Positions 60,000 through 64,000 of a DNA stretch of 64,000 nucleotides are shown one piece after another. The translations under genes and the position numbers were made by a program. The stretch lies in assembly GCA_947468275.1 (NCBI GenBank), contig CANIKO010000010.1, forward strand, positions 13,114-77,113, written 5' to 3'. The notes under the pieces were generated by a model that did not search any database, was not told the DNA's origin, and saw only the letters and a list, made by a program, of their open reading frames with translations. Position 1 is the first letter of the stretch; each line of letters opens with the position of its first letter. The DNA is from Bacteroidota bacterium (GTDB lineage Bacteria > Bacteroidota > Bacteroidia > NS11-12g > UBA9320).

Positions 60000-60047
60000 A
60001 TGAGACTACTACTTTATGGTTTAATACTATCATTACAATGTATATAA
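60000..60047 (+). pseudogene. Stub of a third lipoprotein copy
   Basis: 60000-60035 is 34/36 identical to 58489-58524; MRLLLYGLILSLQCI-stop. Confidence 0.75.
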
Positions 60048-60084
60048 ATAAAGGCTGGTAATCAATTGCCAGCCTTTATTTTTT
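60046..60084. terminator. Bidirectional intrinsic terminator
   Basis: AAATAAAGGCTGGTAAT..ATTGCCAGCCTTTATTT. Confidence 0.85.
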
Positions 60085-60106
60085 AGATAAAATTCTTAGG
60101 AAGAAA

Positions 60107-60145
60107 ACTCCCCTCTCATAGAGGAGAGGGGCCGGGGGTGAGGTC
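60107..60145 (-). repeat. GC-rich REP-like palindromic element
   Basis: ACTCCCCTCTCATAGAGGAGAGGGGCCGGGGGTGAGGTC directly after the MoxR stop. Confidence 0.7.
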
Positions 60146-61111
60146 TTAATACAACTTCTTAATAATATCATTGATGCTGATTCCTTCAGCTTCAGCTTTG
60201 TAGTTTTTTAATACCCTGTGACGCAATACCGATTCGGCTACTGCCTGCACGTTTTCAATGTCCGGTGAATATTTTCCTTGAATAAGGGCATTACATTTTG
60301 CGCCCATTATAAGGTATTGGCTGGCACGAGGCCCTGCGCCATAGCTCACGTATTTATTTACTTCGGCAGTTGCCATGGGGTAACCCGGGCGGGTTTTGCT
60401 CACCAGTTTCACAGCATATTCATACACATTATCAGCCACCGGCACTTTACGTATCAAATCCTGAAAGTATAAAATTTCGGCAGCACCAAATACTTTTGTA
60501 GGGGTGGTGGTGACATTGGTTGTTGTATTTTTTACCACCTTTATTTCCTCTTCAAAACTTGGATAGTCTAAAAAAAGATTGAACATAAAACGGTCTAATT
60601 GAGCCTCCGGCAAAGGATAGGTTCCTTCCTGCTCAATAGGATTTTGAGTAGCCAATACAAAAAATGGATTGGGCAATATATGATTGGTTCCTCCCACGGT
60701 TACGGTTTTTTCTTGCATGGCTTCTAACAAAGCTGCTTGAGTTTTGGGAGGGGTACGGTTTATTTCATCGGCCAAAATTATATTGGCAAACAATGGCCCT
60801 TTTGAAAAACGGAAATTCTTTTGGTCGTCTAAAATTTCGGAGCCTGTAATATCACCGGGCATAAGGTCGGGAGTGAATTGTATTCGGTTAAAACTTAAAT
60901 CCAGAGATTCGGAAATGGTTTTTACCAATAAGGTTTTTGCCAATCCGGGCACTCCTACTAATAAACTATGACCTTTGCAAAAAATAGAAGTTAGCACCCC
61001 ATCCACCACTTCATCCTGCCCCACAATTACTCGTGCTATTTCTTTTTTTAAGTTTTTAACTTGTTCTTTAAAAGCTTCGGCAGCTTCTACTTCATTTTTA
61101 TATTCTTGCAT
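60146..61111 (-). CDS. MoxR family AAA ATPase
   Basis: GVPGLAKT, RIQFTPDLMP, DEINRTPPKTQAALLE, LPEAQLDRF. Confidence 0.95.
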   Translation of the reverse strand: MQEYKNEVEAAEAFKEQVKNLKKEIARVIVGQDEVVDGVLTSIFCKGHSLLVGVPGLAKTLLVKTISESLDLSFNRIQFTPDLMPGDITGSEILDDQKNFRFSKGPLFANIILADEINRTPPKTQAALLEAMQEKTVTVGGTNHILPNPFFVLATQNPIEQEGTYPLPEAQLDRFMFNLFLDYPSFEEEIKVVKNTTTNVTTTPTKVFGAAEILYFQDLIRKVPVADNVYEYAVKLVSKTRPGYPMATAEVNKYVSYGAGPRASQYLIMGAKCNALIQGKYSPDIENVQAVAESVLRHRVLKNYKAEAEGISINDIIKKLY

Positions 61112-61129
61112 TCTTTTACAAATATGTCT

Positions 61130-62500
61130 TTAATCGTTTGTTTTCCATCGATTCATTTCCTTACAATTGGTATAGCTAGGTTCAATGCGGATGTAAACGG
61201 TTTTTTTAAATTTTGCAGCCCAATCTTCCATCGCTTTTTGTTTCTTTTGTTCCAAAGCAAAAGCTTGAATTTTTTGATAATCATCTTTCATATTGGCACG
61301 GTGAGGTTTCATTTCCGACTTAAGATATAAAATACGATAGGCCGAAGAACCGTCCTGAGCCTGAATAGGGGTGGGCTTTGAAAAATCTCCCGGCTTCATT
61401 TTTTGTATTTGTAAAACTACATCTTGGTCCAATAATTCAATTTCTACTTTATTTGAACCTACATTAGGATCGGAAAAAAAACCGCAATTGGATTTGGTAA
61501 GTTCGTCTTCACTGTATTTTCCGGCAGCCTTACAAAAGGTTAATGAATCGGCCTTTATTTTAACAATTAAATTTTTTAAAAATGTTTCTGTTTCGGCTAG
61601 GTCGCGGGTAATAATAGTGGGTTTAATAAGAATATGGCGAATGTTTATTTTTTCTCCTTTTCGATCAATTAATTTAAGAATATGGTATCCAAATTGAGTT
61701 TCGACAATGGAAGAAATAGAGTCGGGTTTTAGTTTAAAAGCCATGGTTTCGAAGGCTGGTACCATATCTCCTCGTTTAAAATAACCTAGTTCACCACCGT
61801 TCAATGCTGAACCTTTATCATCACTAAAAATTTTAGCAGTGAGTTCAAAATTTCGTTTTCCCGCTATTATTTCTTCTCTGTACTTTTTTAAAGTATTATA
61901 AGCGTATTCTTTGGCATATTGATTGGCCTTGGGAATCATAACAATTTGCCCCAATTCAACTGTTGCCCCAAAAAGCGGCAAACTGTCATAAGGTATTTCA
62001 TCAAAATATTTTTTTACTTCTGTTGGGGTAACTTTTACCGCATCCATCATTTTTTTTTGCACTTCCTGCACTTGCATTTGCTGCATAATGCGGGGTTTCA
62101 TTTCTTCTTTATATTGAAGGATGGTTTTTCCCAAATATTCTTCCAGCCGCTTTTCATCACCAATTTGAGAAACAAAATATCTTATTTTTCGGTCCATCTC
62201 ATAGCTTATCTGCTCATCTGTTATTATAACACTGTCCAATTCGGCTTTGTGAAGCATTAGTTTTTGCAATATAAGTTGGTTTAGAATTTCACATTTCAAA
62301 TTGCCTTTGTAATTTGTGTATTGATCTTTAACCTGAAGAAATTCAGCTTCCCATTCTGATTTTAAGATAATATTATCTCCAATAAGTGCTACTACTTCTT
62401 CCAAAATTTGTTTGGGTTGTGCAAATGCTGATGTAAAAGATAACATTACCATCAACAGGAACAAAGCTCCCCATTTTTTAAAGGATTTAAGTTTACTCAT
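61130..62500 (-). CDS. SurA-like peptidyl-prolyl isomerase
   Basis: SurA N-domain; parvulin motifs SDDKGSALNGGELG, ETQFGYHI, RHILIKP. Confidence 0.9.
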   Translation of the reverse strand: MSKLKSFKKWGALFLLMVMLSFTSAFAQPKQILEEVVALIGDNIILKSEWEAEFLQVKDQYTNYKGNLKCEILNQLILQKLMLHKAELDSVIITDEQISYEMDRKIRYFVSQIGDEKRLEEYLGKTILQYKEEMKPRIMQQMQVQEVQKKMMDAVKVTPTEVKKYFDEIPYDSLPLFGATVELGQIVMIPKANQYAKEYAYNTLKKYREEIIAGKRNFELTAKIFSDDKGSALNGGELGYFKRGDMVPAFETMAFKLKPDSISSIVETQFGYHILKLIDRKGEKINIRHILIKPTIITRDLAETETFLKNLIVKIKADSLTFCKAAGKYSEDELTKSNCGFFSDPNVGSNKVEIELLDQDVVLQIQKMKPGDFSKPTPIQAQDGSSAYRILYLKSEMKPHRANMKDDYQKIQAFALEQKKQKAMEDWAAKFKKTVYIRIEPSYTNCKEMNRWKTND

Positions 62501-63386
62501 ATTGCGGTAAATTAATTTTGATTTTATTGTCTTTCAATGCCTTTTTCACTAATTGGTTTTCCAATTTTTCCATCAATTTTACTTTGCGTTTATTCAATAA
62601 TATCTGGTTTATGTTTTCTTCTACAAATTCAAACGGCGAAATATTGTCTTTAATTCTGAAATTTAAAATATTAATGTACCATACAAATTTTGCTTCTTCA
62701 ATTTTAAATACGCGGTTGTTATTAATAAAACTTTCCTGGTTATAAGTATTAATAGGAACCACCTTTAAAATATCATCAAATGCTAACCATTTATCTTTTT
62801 CAAGAAATGCGTTTCCCCCATTTTTTAAAGCAATGATAGCCATTTTGGTAATAGCCTCGTCATTAGCATTACTAAATTTGCTCCAAAATTTGTATTTATT
62901 TTCTAAATCTAATGGCATTTTAATAAATACGAATTGAATGATGTTTTGTTTCAATTCAAAATTTTCGGGGTATTGTTCATAATAGGCTTTAGTTTCGCCA
63001 AGCGTAATGTTGGTATCTAATTTTTCAGCCAATTTTTTTTTGAGAAACTCAAATGTAATAAGGTCTTGCCTGTAATTTTCTACTTTTTCATTGATCTCAT
63101 CGCTATTGCCCATGTCGCTATTTTGAGCATTGTTTAAAATCACCTGTTTTTGAATCCAATTGTCAATAAATTCCTTAATAAAGAAGAAGCTATCTTGGCG
63201 GTTCATATTTGGACCCAGCATCGATTCGATTTCAGCCATATGAAGCGTTTCGTCAAATGCCGTAGCAACTATATTTTGGCCTGTTTCCTGTTGTTTATTG
63301 CCTTGGCATGAGCTTATTGAAAAAACCAACCCTATTGCTGTGATAAAGCATGAATATATTAAATATAAGGAGGTTTTTGGGATCAA
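62493..63386 (-). CDS. Lipoprotein of the SurA/PPIase operon (SurA-N-like)
   Basis: Lipobox ISS-C; FIDNWIQKQV, ILLNKRK; position between PPIase genes. Confidence 0.7.
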   Translation of the reverse strand: MIPKTSLYLIYSCFITAIGLVFSISSCQGNKQQETGQNIVATAFDETLHMAEIESMLGPNMNRQDSFFFIKEFIDNWIQKQVILNNAQNSDMGNSDEINEKVENYRQDLITFEFLKKKLAEKLDTNITLGETKAYYEQYPENFELKQNIIQFVFIKMPLDLENKYKFWSKFSNANDEAITKMAIIALKNGGNAFLEKDKWLAFDDILKVVPINTYNQESFINNNRVFKIEEAKFVWYINILNFRIKDNISPFEFVEENINQILLNKRKVKLMEKLENQLVKKALKDNKIKINLPQYE

Positions 63387-63391
63387 AGATT

Positions 63392-64000
63392 TTACTTAAA
63401 CAACCTATTTACACCGTCAGTATTTATAGCCACGGGGTATTTGCCTTTTAATTCTTTTATCCAGTTTTCTTCTAAATAGGCTTGATAATCAGAAGTTGCC
63501 ACTCCCATAATTTCACTAAGTTCCTTTGGGGTAGGCTGCATAACTTCATATATTTTCACGAAGCTTTGTTTTTTTCCGTTAGGAGGTAAGTCGGTAATTC
63601 CTTCTTCCCAAACCAATTTGTCTACGATTTCGTTTTGTCCTTTTTCGTACTTTCCTCGTGTAATGGTAACTGCTAATGGATCTTTGGCATTTATTTTTTT
63701 ATAAATAAGTGTGTCAGGTAAATTTTTCTTTATGAGTTTTTTAACTGCCTTGGCAACCTTAGCGTCAGCACAATCAAATACTGCTGCATTTGCTCTGGTT
63801 CCCCACATATATTTAGTTTTGTTTGATTCGTAGTAACCCTTAAGTCCAATGGTATCTTCTACCGATTTGCTCCAAACCATCTTGTCGGTTAGTTCAAATA
63901 ATAAAATTCCATCTCGGTATTCTTTCATTAGATTTTTAAAGTCGGCATATTTTTCTTCTAAATGATCTTCTTCGTAAGCAAAGTTCATTTTTTCAACATA
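63392..64000 (-). CDS. Peptidyl-prolyl isomerase (C-terminal part, runs off the window)
   Basis: EYRDGILLFEL..KMVW, DYQAYLEENWIKELKGKYPV. Confidence 0.8.
   Translation of the reverse strand, partial: YVEKMNFAYEEDHLEEKYADFKNLMKEYRDGILLFELTDKMVWSKSVEDTIGLKGYYESNKTKYMWGTRANAAVFDCADAKVAKAVKKLIKKNLPDTLIYKKINAKDPLAVTITRGKYEKGQNEIVDKLVWEEGITDLPPNGKKQSFVKIYEVMQPTPKELSEIMGVATSDYQAYLEENWIKELKGKYPVAINTDGVNRLFK

Noticed and set aside
2305..62745. Numerous 60-135 aa ORFs overlapping or antisense to the called genes
   Set aside because: Shadow frames of well-supported genes without recognisable motifs; only 59154-59342 was kept because it is a real CTD duplicate

Overview
AT-rich chromosomal segment of a Bacteroidota bacterium, judged from TAnnTTTG-type promoters, T9SS C-terminal signals, Omp28/GldM/PorE-like proteins and a split metH. 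It is probably origin-proximal (mnmG-ybeY with two parS-like sites). The backbone is housekeeping (mnmG, ybeY, RluB-family, xerD, lhgO, metH halves, tRNA-Phe, aroQ, dusB, purM, thiL, ComF, UvrD-nuclease, NifU, MoxR, SurA cluster), mixed with many secreted or T9SS proteins. The most striking feature is that accessory modules are bracketed by short, slightly diverged duplicates of neighbouring gene ends or promoters, with no transposase or phage integrase in view. (1) hicBA lies between two copies of the aroQ 5' end. (2) At an XRE-linked locus, a ~100-bp operator/promoter and the 5' end of an OstA-like gene are each duplicated, putting two unrelated two-gene secreted cassettes in tandem. (3) A Cys-rich gene and an SBBP/PKD gene lie between 74-bp repeats encoding the T9SS signal. 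(4) A putative T9SS lipase-toxin locus carries an 850-bp tandem unit of orphan C-terminal signal plus lipoprotein. Other highlights are a PorE-like protein fused to a degenerate retropepsin domain and a TGCAACC-N15-GTC promoter shared by an ECF sigma gene and its neighbouring adhesin. All calls come from motif recognition by eye; no searches were run.
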